The position numbers and the translations under genes are program-made. A DNA stretch of 64,000 nt from Verrucomicrobiales bacterium (GTDB taxonomy: Bacteria > Verrucomicrobiota > Verrucomicrobiia > Limisphaerales > JACDHS01). The notes beneath the pieces are model-generated. The model was not told the origin of the DNA. It saw only the letters and a list, made by a program, of their open reading frames with translations, and did not search any database. The stretch covers positions 4,129-68,128 of the forward strand of contig JAQGOU010000115.1 in the NCBI GenBank assembly GCA_028293445.1, in the 5' to 3' direction. This document shows positions 19,079 through 27,581 of the stretch, piece after piece; the first letter of the stretch is position 1; each line of letters opens with the position of its first letter.

Positions 19079-19343
19079 TGCGCATAGCGTGACCCGTCTG
19101 GATTTCTTACTGTGCAGGCAACGATCATTAGAAAGCCTGCTTTACCGCGAACGGCCATGATGTTTAGGAAGACGGCGAAAATCCGCAAGAAAACTTTGTG
19201 AAATTTTTCACTATTAGGTTTATTTAATAAAACAGATTAGGGGAATTGCTGGTCTAAACGGAAAAAACGCCTCCAATCACGGGTCCTAATTTAGCCTTTT
19301 TTCCCTGCGACAAACGCTCGACATCTCCACGCCTGCCTGCAAA

Positions 19344-20447
19344 GTGTTGTCCATGTTGATTCCAAAGTTCCTGCGAGTTTTCGGAATAGCCGCTTCCTTG
19401 CTCGTGACCACGAACGTTTTTGCGGTCGAAGACACCTTCAGTCACTTCATTGGGATCAAAAAGTTCTCCTCTTTTGCCAAATCCAAGACGGAAACGGGTG
19501 AAACCGTCCTTCTCTCGCCAGATATTAACGCTTTTATCCCGTGGAATGAGCTCGTTGTTTCCTGGAATGCGAGCGCCCCCAGCAATACGTTCGTAAAAAT
19601 CGAGGCCGCAGCGATTTTCGGCGATCACAAATCAAAATTTTACACCGTTGCGACCTGGTCTCCCGATAACGCGAAGTTTACGCGCACTAGCGTTCGTGGC
19701 CAGAAAGATTCGGACGGAACCGTCGATACCGACACGCTGATTGTCCCAAATCTCGCGACCGGCACGCAAATTCGCGTCACGCTCGGCGGTGAAGGAAAGC
19801 GCAAGCCTGACCTGAAGTTTATCGGCCTTTCTTTCTCCAATACCAAGATACCGACGACTTCCCTGCCCTCTAATCACGCTGCGTGGGGCAAAATAATTTC
19901 GACGCCCGAGAAATCTCAGCACGGTTACCCCAACGAATCAGGTTGGTGCAGTCCAACCTCCCTTTCCATGGTGCTCACACGCTGGTCGGATGTTTTGCAT
20001 CGCCCGGAAATGAAGCTGGACGTGCCGGAAGTCGCCGAAGCTGTTTACGATGAAGGTTGGCACGCCACGGGCAATTGGCCGTTTAACACCGCGTTCGCGG
20101 GCAGTTTTAAAAACATGCGCTCGTATGTCACCCGCTTCAGTGACATATCAGAGCTGGAAGATTGGGTAGCGGCGGGCATTCCCGTCATCATCTCCGGGCC
20201 GTGGTATCTTTTTGAAGACGGTCGTGGCGACAGCGGCTCGGGTCATCTCACCGTTTGCGTTGGCTTCACGGAAACCGGCGACGTCGTCATCAACGATCCC
20301 GGAACAAAGGTCGGCGCCAGCGTGCGTCATATTTACAAACGGCAAAACGTTCTCAACTCCTGGGCCAAGTCACACCACACCGTTTACCTCGTCTATCCTG
20401 AATCGGCCAAGCTCCCCAAAGATCGCTTCGGACACTGGGACAAATAG
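19344..20447 (+). CDS. Secreted peptidase C39-like (papain-fold) domain protein
   Basis: 367 aa. Signal peptide (FLRVFGIAASLLVTTNVFA). GWCSPTSLSMVLTRW resembles the catalytic-Cys motif of the Peptidase_C39_2 family, and GHLTVCVGF is a candidate His motif. The start could be ATG 19353. Confidence 0.6.
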   Translation: MLSMLIPKFLRVFGIAASLLVTTNVFAVEDTFSHFIGIKKFSSFAKSKTETGETVLLSPDINAFIPWNELVVSWNASAPSNTFVKIEAAAIFGDHKSKFYTVATWSPDNAKFTRTSVRGQKDSDGTVDTDTLIVPNLATGTQIRVTLGGEGKRKPDLKFIGLSFSNTKIPTTSLPSNHAAWGKIISTPEKSQHGYPNESGWCSPTSLSMVLTRWSDVLHRPEMKLDVPEVAEAVYDEGWHATGNWPFNTAFAGSFKNMRSYVTRFSDISELEDWVAAGIPVIISGPWYLFEDGRGDSGSGHLTVCVGFTETGDVVINDPGTKVGASVRHIYKRQNVLNSWAKSHHTVYLVYPESAKLPKDRFGHWDK

Positions 20448-20568
20448 TGCAAAGATTTGGAGCGTTGGATTATTGAAGCGTTCGTATTGCGGCATCGCTC
20501 GGTCCCTCAGTTTTCCCCTGCCCGCATTTCCGATGACACGCGCCCGAGAAATTGATTAACTCCCCGCC

Positions 20569-20868
20569 ATGTTTTCACATGTTGTGATTTTTTGGACCGA
20601 TCCTGCGAACCCCACCTCTGCTGACGAATTGCTCGCGGGCATCGAAAAATATTTGAAACCGATCCCGGGCGTCTTGAGTTTTCACGCCGGCAAAATGGTG
20701 GGAAGTCCCCGCGCCGTCGTCGATCAAACGTATCAGATCGCGCTAAACCTCGTGTTCCCGAATAAAAAAGCGCAGGACGATTACCAGGTGCATCCGATGC
20801 ATGTGGAATTCGTCACCGGCGTCTTCAAGAAGACCTGCAAGAAAGTTGTCGTTTACGACTTCGAGTAA
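20569..20868 (+). CDS. Dabb (stress-responsive alpha/beta barrel) domain protein
   Basis: 99 aa. MFSHVVIFW...IPGVLSFHAGK...DDYQVHPMHVEFV is the typical Dabb pattern. Confidence 0.8.
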   Translation: MFSHVVIFWTDPANPTSADELLAGIEKYLKPIPGVLSFHAGKMVGSPRAVVDQTYQIALNLVFPNKKAQDDYQVHPMHVEFVTGVFKKTCKKVVVYDFE

Positions 20869-20947
20869 TCAGAGCGTTTCCGCAGCAGCATTTTTGCCGA
20901 ACCCTGCAGAGGCTGGAAGAGTAATAAAGCGCTTTGGCAAGGCGGAC

Positions 20948-21082
20948 GTTTCCCCTCACCTTATTCCTCTCCCCAAGGGGGCGAGGAGACCAGAAACCTT
21001 CGATTAATTTTGAGGCCTCGACGTCGCCCAGCGTCTCCGATTTCCTCGCCCCTTAGGGGAGAGGATTAAGGTGAGGGGAAAC
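20948..21082. repeat. Palindromic REP-like element (inverted 40-nt arms)
   Basis: gtttcccctcaccttattcctctccccaagggggcgagga (20948-20987) and tcctcgccccttaggggagaggattaaggtgaggggaaac (21043-21082) are near-perfect reverse complements, about 55 nt apart. Confidence 0.8.
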
Positions 21083-21208
21083 GCACGGATTATCGACGAT
21101 CTCAATAATTACCGCTGCATCCTTCCAGCAGCAATCCGTCGACTGTAAATCTGAACTTACTGCATCACGAATCGAATACCTCGTGTAGGCTTCGCATCCA
21201 ATCAAACC

Positions 21209-22321
21209 ATGGCAAACGCACGAACTCTGCTTCCCCTTCTCACGCTGACACTCGCCATCGTGCTGCCGCTGACCGGGCGTGCCGAAAAATTAAAAACCGA
21301 GAACGTCTTCCTCATCATGTGTGATGGGCTGCGTTGGCAGGAGGTTTTCGGCGGCGCCGATGAACAGCTGCTCAATGCCACGCACGGTGGCGTGAAGGAC
21401 GCCAATCAATTGCGCTCCGGCGCCTGGCGCGACACCGCCGAAGAACGGCGCGCCATCTTGCTTCCTTTTTTCTGGAATGAAATCGCCCAGCGCGGACAAC
21501 TCTTCGGCAACACGAACAAAGGGAGCATCGCTCAACTTACCAACGGCAAAAAATTTTCCTACCCGGGCTACAACGAAGTGATCACCGGCGTCGGCGACCC
21601 GCGCATCGACAGCAACGATAAAAATCCAAATCCAAATGTTTCCGTCTTTGAATGGCTGAACCAAAAGCCCCGGTTTGCCAAACGCACCGCCGTCTTCGGC
21701 AACTGGGATGTCTTCGCTTACATCTTCAATTGCGAACGCAGCGGCTTACCGATCTGGCCGGTATGGGAATCGAAGTTTGGGAAATATAAAACGAAAGTTG
21801 CGCCCGAGATCGAAGATGTTTTCGAGAATACCACCACCCCCTGGATGGGCGGCACCATGGACTCTTTTATTTCCCGGGCCGCACATGATTACGTGAAACA
21901 AAAACAACCCAGGCTGCTCTTCGTCGGCTTCGGCGAAACCGACGAATGGGCACATGAACGCCGTTATGACAACTATTTATCGGCTGCCCATAATATGGAC
22001 AGTTCCGTGCGGCGCCTCTGGGATACTGTCCAGTCGATGTCGCAATACAGGAATAAAACCACCTTCATCATCACCTGCGACCACGGTCGAGGGAGCAACG
22101 AAAGGAATTGGACAGATCACGGCCGCTCGGTCACTGGCGCGGAGAATATCTGGCTCGCCGTCCTCGGACCGGACACCGCCGCGCTCGGCGAACGCGTCCA
22201 GAACGAACCGATCGCCCAAAACCAAATTGCCGCCACTTTGGCCACGTTCCTGGGACAGGATTTTCACGCCGCTTTCCCGAACTCCGGCGCTCCCATTCGA
22301 GATGTTCTTCCAAGACGTTGA
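21209..22321 (+). CDS. Secreted alkaline-phosphatase-superfamily metalloenzyme
   Basis: 370 aa. Signal peptide, then FLIMCDGLRWQEVFGG, GYNEVITG, GFGETDEWAH and ITCDHGRG, which are core motifs of the alkaline phosphatase / phosphodiesterase superfamily. Confidence 0.7.
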   Translation: MANARTLLPLLTLTLAIVLPLTGRAEKLKTENVFLIMCDGLRWQEVFGGADEQLLNATHGGVKDANQLRSGAWRDTAEERRAILLPFFWNEIAQRGQLFGNTNKGSIAQLTNGKKFSYPGYNEVITGVGDPRIDSNDKNPNPNVSVFEWLNQKPRFAKRTAVFGNWDVFAYIFNCERSGLPIWPVWESKFGKYKTKVAPEIEDVFENTTTPWMGGTMDSFISRAAHDYVKQKQPRLLFVGFGETDEWAHERRYDNYLSAAHNMDSSVRRLWDTVQSMSQYRNKTTFIITCDHGRGSNERNWTDHGRSVTGAENIWLAVLGPDTAALGERVQNEPIAQNQIAATLATFLGQDFHAAFPNSGAPIRDVLPRR

Positions 22322-22424
22322 AATCGTAATACGACCATTGCCCCTTTCCTCCAAAGGAATCTCTGCATCAGAAAAACAAGTCTGGTCCCCTTGAAATCAG
22401 TCGCTCGGGTGGCGACGTTTCTCG

Positions 22425-22901
22425 ATGGACCCCTCCCTGGAACTGGTTCTCATCGCGGAAGATGACGAAGCGGACGCCATTCTCCTGCAACGTGCCATGC
22501 ACAAGATCACCGATCCCGTGCCGATCCATATGGTGCGGAACGGGGAGGAAGCCATCAGTTATTTGATGGGCGACGGCGCTTACAGTGATCGCAACCGGTT
22601 CCCATTCCCGACGGCGGTCCTGCTCGATTTAAAAATGCCACGCAAGAACGGGTTTGAGGTGCTGGAATGGATGCGGAGCAGCCCACAATACGCCGTCGTG
22701 CCCACCATCGTTTGGAGCTCATCCAGCCTCCCACAGGATGTTCGCCGCGCCTATGATCTCGGTGCCAATTGCTACCTGATGAAACCGAATTCCCACTCCG
22801 AAATCGAACAATTGGTGGAACTTACGGTTAGCTTTTGGCGCGTCTGCCTGAGACCGGCCCCGGTCCCGAAGGCCGATCTCTCCGAGCCCGCCCTCCACTA
22901 G
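22425..22901 (+). CDS. Stand-alone response regulator receiver (CheY-like)
   Basis: 158 aa. LIAEDDEADA, phospho-acceptor context LLDLKMPRKNG, ...CYLMKP. Confidence 0.85.
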   Translation: MDPSLELVLIAEDDEADAILLQRAMHKITDPVPIHMVRNGEEAISYLMGDGAYSDRNRFPFPTAVLLDLKMPRKNGFEVLEWMRSSPQYAVVPTIVWSSSSLPQDVRRAYDLGANCYLMKPNSHSEIEQLVELTVSFWRVCLRPAPVPKADLSEPALH

Positions 22902-22952
22902 TCCAAATAGCCCGAAAAGCGGTATTAGAATTGCTCTATAAACCGCTCGTAT

Positions 22953-23156
22953 ATGAGAATTGCCCTCAAGAATCTCTCAACGGGTCTTTATCTTAAGAAC
23001 GGCGCTGTCTGGACCTCAGACATCGCCACGGCCCTCCAATTTGATAACGTCAGCCGGGCCCAGCGCTTTTGCACGACCCATCGGCTGACTGATGTGGAGG
23101 CAGTGCCCATTTTCACGGAAACGTCCAATCAAGCCCGAACCAGCATCGCGGCGTGA
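22953..23156 (+). CDS. Small hypothetical protein
   Basis: 67-aa ORF with no recognisable motif. The coding call rests only on ORF integrity and position. Confidence 0.35.
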   Translation: MRIALKNLSTGLYLKNGAVWTSDIATALQFDNVSRAQRFCTTHRLTDVEAVPIFTETSNQARTSIAA

Positions 23157-23170
23157 TGTGTCCGTCATCT

Positions 23171-23198
23171 AAAAAAGCCGCCCGGTTTCCCGGGCGGC
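23171..23198 (-). terminator. Rho-independent terminator for the minus-strand FN3 gene
   Basis: Perfect 9-bp GC stem gccgcccgg / ccgggcggc with loop tttc (23177-23198). On the minus strand a T6 run follows (aaaaaa at 23171-23176 on plus). Confidence 0.75.
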
Positions 23199-23245
23199 CT
23201 CGCTTGTCTATCGTCTATTGATTATCGGCTATGCGCCAACGGCGC

Positions 23246-24160
23246 TTAGTGAGTCACAATCGTGATCTTCTCCGACAACGGACTTTCGCCACCGTTGTTC
23301 AACGCTGAGACATAAATCTCAATCGTCGAGCCAACAGGCAGATTCTCGAGTGTGAAATCGATATCCGCTGGCGAACCGACCGCAATCGGCTCCGCATCCA
23401 CGCCGATGACCCTCTTCCAAATGCGGTAATACTCCGCACGTGGAGTCAGACTCCATTTAATCGCCGCCGCAGTGGGACCGATCAACGTGGCAATCACGTT
23501 CTCCGGCGCATCCGGCGTTTCGTCGGCACCCGGCATATTGAAGCCGAAGTCCAACCAACGTTCATCGAGCGGATCCATCAACTGCTCGAGTTCATTGGCC
23601 AGGCCGCGAAGGCGCGTGCGCAATTTGCGAATCGCGCCGTCACGCGCTTTGATCAAACGCTTCACTTCCGTTTCCTGGTTGATCACCGCATTGTTCGCCG
23701 CGTTCAGGCCGTCGATAACGGATTGAACGTGCACCGGAGTGATGTTCAGGTCCGCATTTTGGATCTCGGGATGACCGTCAACGAACTCTTTCATCGCGAT
23801 CAACACGGGACCAAGGCCCGCGGCGTTGCGTGGCATGAGTATGGAGCCTTCAAGACCGAGCGCTTGGTAAGCGTTGGTATAGATGGGACCGAAGCGTGGC
23901 TTCACGAGGTCACGAATGACCGTGCCGTAAACACGCGCCTCTTCGAACGTCGTGTCCAGCGTCTCGCGACGGGTGGACAGCTCCAGCTTGGCATCCTCAT
24001 GCGCCTTACGTGTGCCGACCAGCATGATACGGTCGGTGAGCAACGCAGCTTCAGTGTTTTGTTTAATGGTGAGCACAGCGGCATGCAAATGCACACCGTT
24101 GAGAGATATCGCAGACAGCGATAGCAATTCACCTGGGTTATATGTTATGTCTTGTTTCAT
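23246..24160 (-). CDS. Hypothetical protein: helical/coiled-coil N-domain + C-terminal fibronectin type III domain, no signal peptide
   Basis: ORF 23246..24256. I prefer ATG 24160 (MKQDITYNPGE). The C-terminal about 90 aa, PDAPENVIATLIGPTAAAIKWSLTPRAEYYRIWKRV...IEIYVSALNNGGESPLS, is a clear FN3 pattern. Confidence 0.7.
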   Translation of the reverse strand: MKQDITYNPGELLSLSAISLNGVHLHAAVLTIKQNTEAALLTDRIMLVGTRKAHEDAKLELSTRRETLDTTFEEARVYGTVIRDLVKPRFGPIYTNAYQALGLEGSILMPRNAAGLGPVLIAMKEFVDGHPEIQNADLNITPVHVQSVIDGLNAANNAVINQETEVKRLIKARDGAIRKLRTRLRGLANELEQLMDPLDERWLDFGFNMPGADETPDAPENVIATLIGPTAAAIKWSLTPRAEYYRIWKRVIGVDAEPIAVGSPADIDFTLENLPVGSTIEIYVSALNNGGESPLSEKITIVTH

Positions 24161-24504
24161 AGTTATTTTCTTTCTGCCCGATCGACGCGGTTCAGCCTTG
24201 GGGTTGCCAGACTTCTCCAGGTTATAGTATGGAGAATCGGTCTTTTTGACGTGCAACAGACAACATGTCTGTTCAACACGGGCAATAATCCCAGCGACGA
24301 ATCCGAATCCATCGAACTAAAAAAAATCATAGCAGGGGGGGTAGGTAGCGGTCTGACCCACCCCTCATTTTGTCAGAAATATTTTTTACCGGCGGTTGTT
24401 GCTGCAAATCAGGCACTTACGACCTGAAACGGCGGAAAAGTGAGATTTTTTTGAAGCTGTCCGGGATTTTTCGGGGTGAATTCCGGCGATGGTGAGACTT
24501 TTTT

Positions 24505-24832
24505 ACGGTTCCTGCGACGGCTTTCAAAAATAATAAACCTCCGCTGCAGCTCCTGCGACGATCTTCCAAAATAATTAAAGTCCATTGCAGCTCCTGCGGC
24601 GTCCTTCCAAAATAATTACGGTTCATTGCAGCTCCTGCGGCGACCTTCAAAAATATTTAAAGTCCGTTGCAGTTCCTGCGATGCCCTTCCAAAATAATTA
24701 AAGTCCGTTGCAGCTCCTGCGGTGCCTTTCTAAAATAATAAATGTCCACTGCAACTCCTGCAGCGTCCTTCAAAAATAATAAATGTTCGTTTCCGTTCCT
24801 GCGGAGACTTGCAAAATATATTATAAAACCCA
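24505..24832. repeat. Tandem array 2: 8 units of exactly 41 bp (gcagctcctgcggcgtccttccaaaataattaaagtccatt)
   Basis: CCTGC anchors at 24511, 24552, 24593, 24634, 24675, 24716, 24757 and 24798 (all 41 apart, hand count). All units share one orientation. The array lies in the divergent promoter region between 24160 and 24928. Confidence 0.9.
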
Positions 24833-24927
24833 TTTCGGCTGCACCGTGATACAATGGTTCCCAGCGGAGCAGAGAACTTTTCATCCTAAACTTTAATTAA
24901 GACTGGGTGGCAAATGATTATCGGATT

Positions 24928-26457
24928 ATGAAGCAAAGAATTGCTCTAGCAATCGCACTCGCAGTGAGCGCGTTTGCTTTCCTTCAGGGAAAGCCCGCCG
25001 AGACAAATTCGGCTGAAATTGATTTGTCGGCACACATCAAGTTGAGACCGATCGTCCCAATTCGCCTCCCTGCACGGGCCACTGATGAAAAGCGCGTTAC
25101 TACGATCCGACAACTAATCCGAAATCTTGCTAAAATCGAAAAACCGGATTTTGGGCTCTCCAGCACAATGTCTGGTTCTGCATTTGCTCCCATTGCAAGC
25201 ATCAGGCAAGCGGGGGCAATGCTTTTGACCGAACATGGTCTCCAGACCTCCAATGATTCCACTGAATTAGTGAGACTCGGCCCCGAAGCGTTACCTTATC
25301 TCCTCGAAAGTTTGGAGGACAAGACGGCCACAAAACTCGTCATTCAGCACGAGCAACATTTTGGCGCAATGTGGTTCGCGAATGAACTTTGCGGAAATCC
25401 AGCGAACGCGCTGGAGCAACGCGTCATCGGAACGAACGAGCCGCCGCCGTTCGGTTCTGGCAGCACCATTTCCTCTTACACGGTTAAAGTTGGAGACATA
25501 TGCTTCGTAATCATCGGAGAAATCGTCGGACGAGAATATGAAGCCGTTCGATATCAACCGACATCCTGTGTAATCATCAACAGCCCGACCCATGATCCAA
25601 AGCTGGCGGGCCAAGTACGAGCTATTTGGTCCAATCGAGATTCTCGTCAGCATCTTCTGGATTCATTGCTTTTGGATTACAGCTCAGAAGGCGGTTTCAA
25701 TGGGAAATCGTTGGACGGTTGGGATGTCGGAAGCAGTCTTCAATGTTCGGCTGCGACACGGCTTCTCTTTTATTTCCCGGAGTTTACGACAAAACTAGTT
25801 GCCGATCGGTTGAGCAAATTGGATGTACACCTTTGTGACGATCAGAAGACACCGGATGAGTCGATGATGCGAGAAGTAAAGAATGGGGTTCGCACGGAGA
25901 ATTTTTTAAAAGCGGTAGCCTGGTGCGAGGAACCCGTCATTCGATTGCAGCTAAAGAATATTTTTCAACGGACCCTCGATCCTGAGCTGTTGCCGATTTT
26001 ATCTGATAAAATTACGGGTGCCGAAGTACGCCAACATTTAGAGGAAGCTATTTCACGATTGCCGGAAATCGAACTTGGTCCCTTTGGAGATGGTTATAAT
26101 CTTTTGGTCGCTTTCGGGGAAAAATGCGGCACCCAGGCAAGGCCAGCTTTCGAGCGATACATGACGAATGCAAGCCTCCAACGCTGTAGGAGTATGAGCC
26201 AAGTTCTGCGCAAAACGCAGGGAGAATGGTCCATTGATTTGTTAAAGCGGCTTTTGAACGACAAGCGTCCGGCAGATGGATGGACCTATGCAGTAATTCC
26301 ACATCAAAACGAACCGCGCCTTCCTATTCGTATTTGCGATGAAGCAGCCGAAACAATTTCCATGAATTTTCCAAAACTGACTTTCAAAATGGAAGGCTCA
26401 CACGAGCAGTTGGATCAACAGATCGAGAAAATGCGCCGACAAATCGAGTCAAAATGA
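24928..26457 (+). CDS. Secreted hypothetical protein with HEAT/armadillo-like helical repeats
   Basis: ORF 24907..26457. ATG 24928 gives the signal peptide MKQRIALAIALAVSAFAFLQG. LGPEALPYLLESLED-type helical repeat. Confidence 0.7.
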   Translation: MKQRIALAIALAVSAFAFLQGKPAETNSAEIDLSAHIKLRPIVPIRLPARATDEKRVTTIRQLIRNLAKIEKPDFGLSSTMSGSAFAPIASIRQAGAMLLTEHGLQTSNDSTELVRLGPEALPYLLESLEDKTATKLVIQHEQHFGAMWFANELCGNPANALEQRVIGTNEPPPFGSGSTISSYTVKVGDICFVIIGEIVGREYEAVRYQPTSCVIINSPTHDPKLAGQVRAIWSNRDSRQHLLDSLLLDYSSEGGFNGKSLDGWDVGSSLQCSAATRLLFYFPEFTTKLVADRLSKLDVHLCDDQKTPDESMMREVKNGVRTENFLKAVAWCEEPVIRLQLKNIFQRTLDPELLPILSDKITGAEVRQHLEEAISRLPEIELGPFGDGYNLLVAFGEKCGTQARPAFERYMTNASLQRCRSMSQVLRKTQGEWSIDLLKRLLNDKRPADGWTYAVIPHQNEPRLPIRICDEAAETISMNFPKLTFKMEGSHEQLDQQIEKMRRQIESK

Positions 26458-26597
26458 TTGGAGGTAATCAAGATTGGTTCCCTTCGCTATTCGCGAAGTT
26501 GTTTCTTGATCCCAATTTTATGATTATCCGCGTCTGCGGCAAATTTCAGTGGCAATATCCACGCGTGACGGATTCGCAACTTCTTCAAATTGATTCT

Positions 26598-27548
26598 GGT
26601 AAGGATGACTTCCACGTCGTCCCTAACTAAACCTTGAGGTATTCGACAATCCAAACGTGGACAAAGGAAAGCCCACACGCGTTCGGCTTACCATTGCTCG
26701 CCTTTTCTTCCTGTCCACCACAAGAAGATGTTAGGGACGACGTGGAGTCAGAACTATAAGTGGAATGGAACCCTGTCGGGATTCCGAGTCATCCTTACCA
26801 TGCGCGCCGTCGGTTCTTCATTTCCAGCGGAGGTCGTGAACGGTTCCTGAAAATGGCCATTCTTCAGGAGTTTTCACGAGACCTTTGCGAATTGGATTTT
26901 CACTCACATACCGCCACTTCGTCGCAAACTCTTGTTCATCGCGAATCCGATGATGAAAGCCGCCTCGCTGGAATCTCCACTCCACACCAACATGCTGCCG
27001 ACTGAATTCGCTTTTCCAAAATTCTGTCCACTGCTCGATCGTAAACTTCAGATCCCGCGGAGCGCAGAAGAGGTGGAGATGATCGGGCATCAAAAGATAA
27101 TAGCCGACAATCCACGCGTCCGCTTTGCGCCAGACTTGCTCGAGAGTTTTCTGCACGGCGTCTTGCGTCATCCACGGAATGCGATCTTTCGCATTAACGG
27201 TGAGGAAAACAATCGTGGGCCCGTCCAAAGAAATCTTCACACCTTCCGCGGGCGTCTTACGTCCAACCATCGGGTCCAGCGGAGCCTTTTCTTCCATGAG
27301 AAGAGAGTTAGAAATTTTCTAGAGTGCGTCGATGCCAAAACAACTTGGTAAGGATGACTCGGAATCCCGACAGGGTTCCATTCCACTTATAGTTCTGACT
27401 CCACGTCGTCCCTAACTAAACCTTGGGGCGTTCGCGAACCCGAAAGCGGACGAAGGGAAGTCCACACGCGCTTGGCTTACCATTGCTCACCTTTTCTTCT
27501 CGTCCACCACCGGGAGATGTTAGGGACGACGTGGAAGTCATCCTTACC
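26598..27548. mobile_element. RAYT (REP-associated tyrosine transposase) unit with two 202-bp composite flanking repeats
   Basis: L = 26598-26799 and R = 27347-27548. Both begin ggtaaggatgact and end agtcatccttacc. Each contains the stem ccacgtcgtccctaac / gttagggacgacgtgg around a ~100-nt segment shared in direct orientation. A ~40-nt hairpin-containing segment (cggaatcccgacagggttccattccacttatagttctgact) sits on the RAYT-proximal side of each, in inverted orientation. Confidence 0.85.
26818..27297 (-). CDS. REP-associated tyrosine transposase (RAYT; IS200/IS605 Y1 HUH transposase family)
   Basis: 159 aa. HUH motif in LMPDHLHLF, and catalytic-Tyr region WRYVSENPIRKGLVKTPEEWPFSG (pattern Y-x3-NP-x-R/K-x-GL...W.xS). 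Confidence 0.85.
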   Translation of the reverse strand: MEEKAPLDPMVGRKTPAEGVKISLDGPTIVFLTVNAKDRIPWMTQDAVQKTLEQVWRKADAWIVGYYLLMPDHLHLFCAPRDLKFTIEQWTEFWKSEFSRQHVGVEWRFQRGGFHHRIRDEQEFATKWRYVSENPIRKGLVKTPEEWPFSGTVHDLRWK

Positions 27549-27581
27549 AACGTTGCGGGGTATCGAACGCCTTTACTAAAT

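Noticed and set aside
24505-24832. The four 41-42-bp arrays (also 1151-1449, 44035-44337, 63489-63793) as CRISPR arrays.
   Set aside because: There are no unique spacers. Consecutive units are variants of one another, and the 41-bp period is far shorter than a repeat+spacer unit (about 60-72 bp). No cas genes or leader are present in the window.
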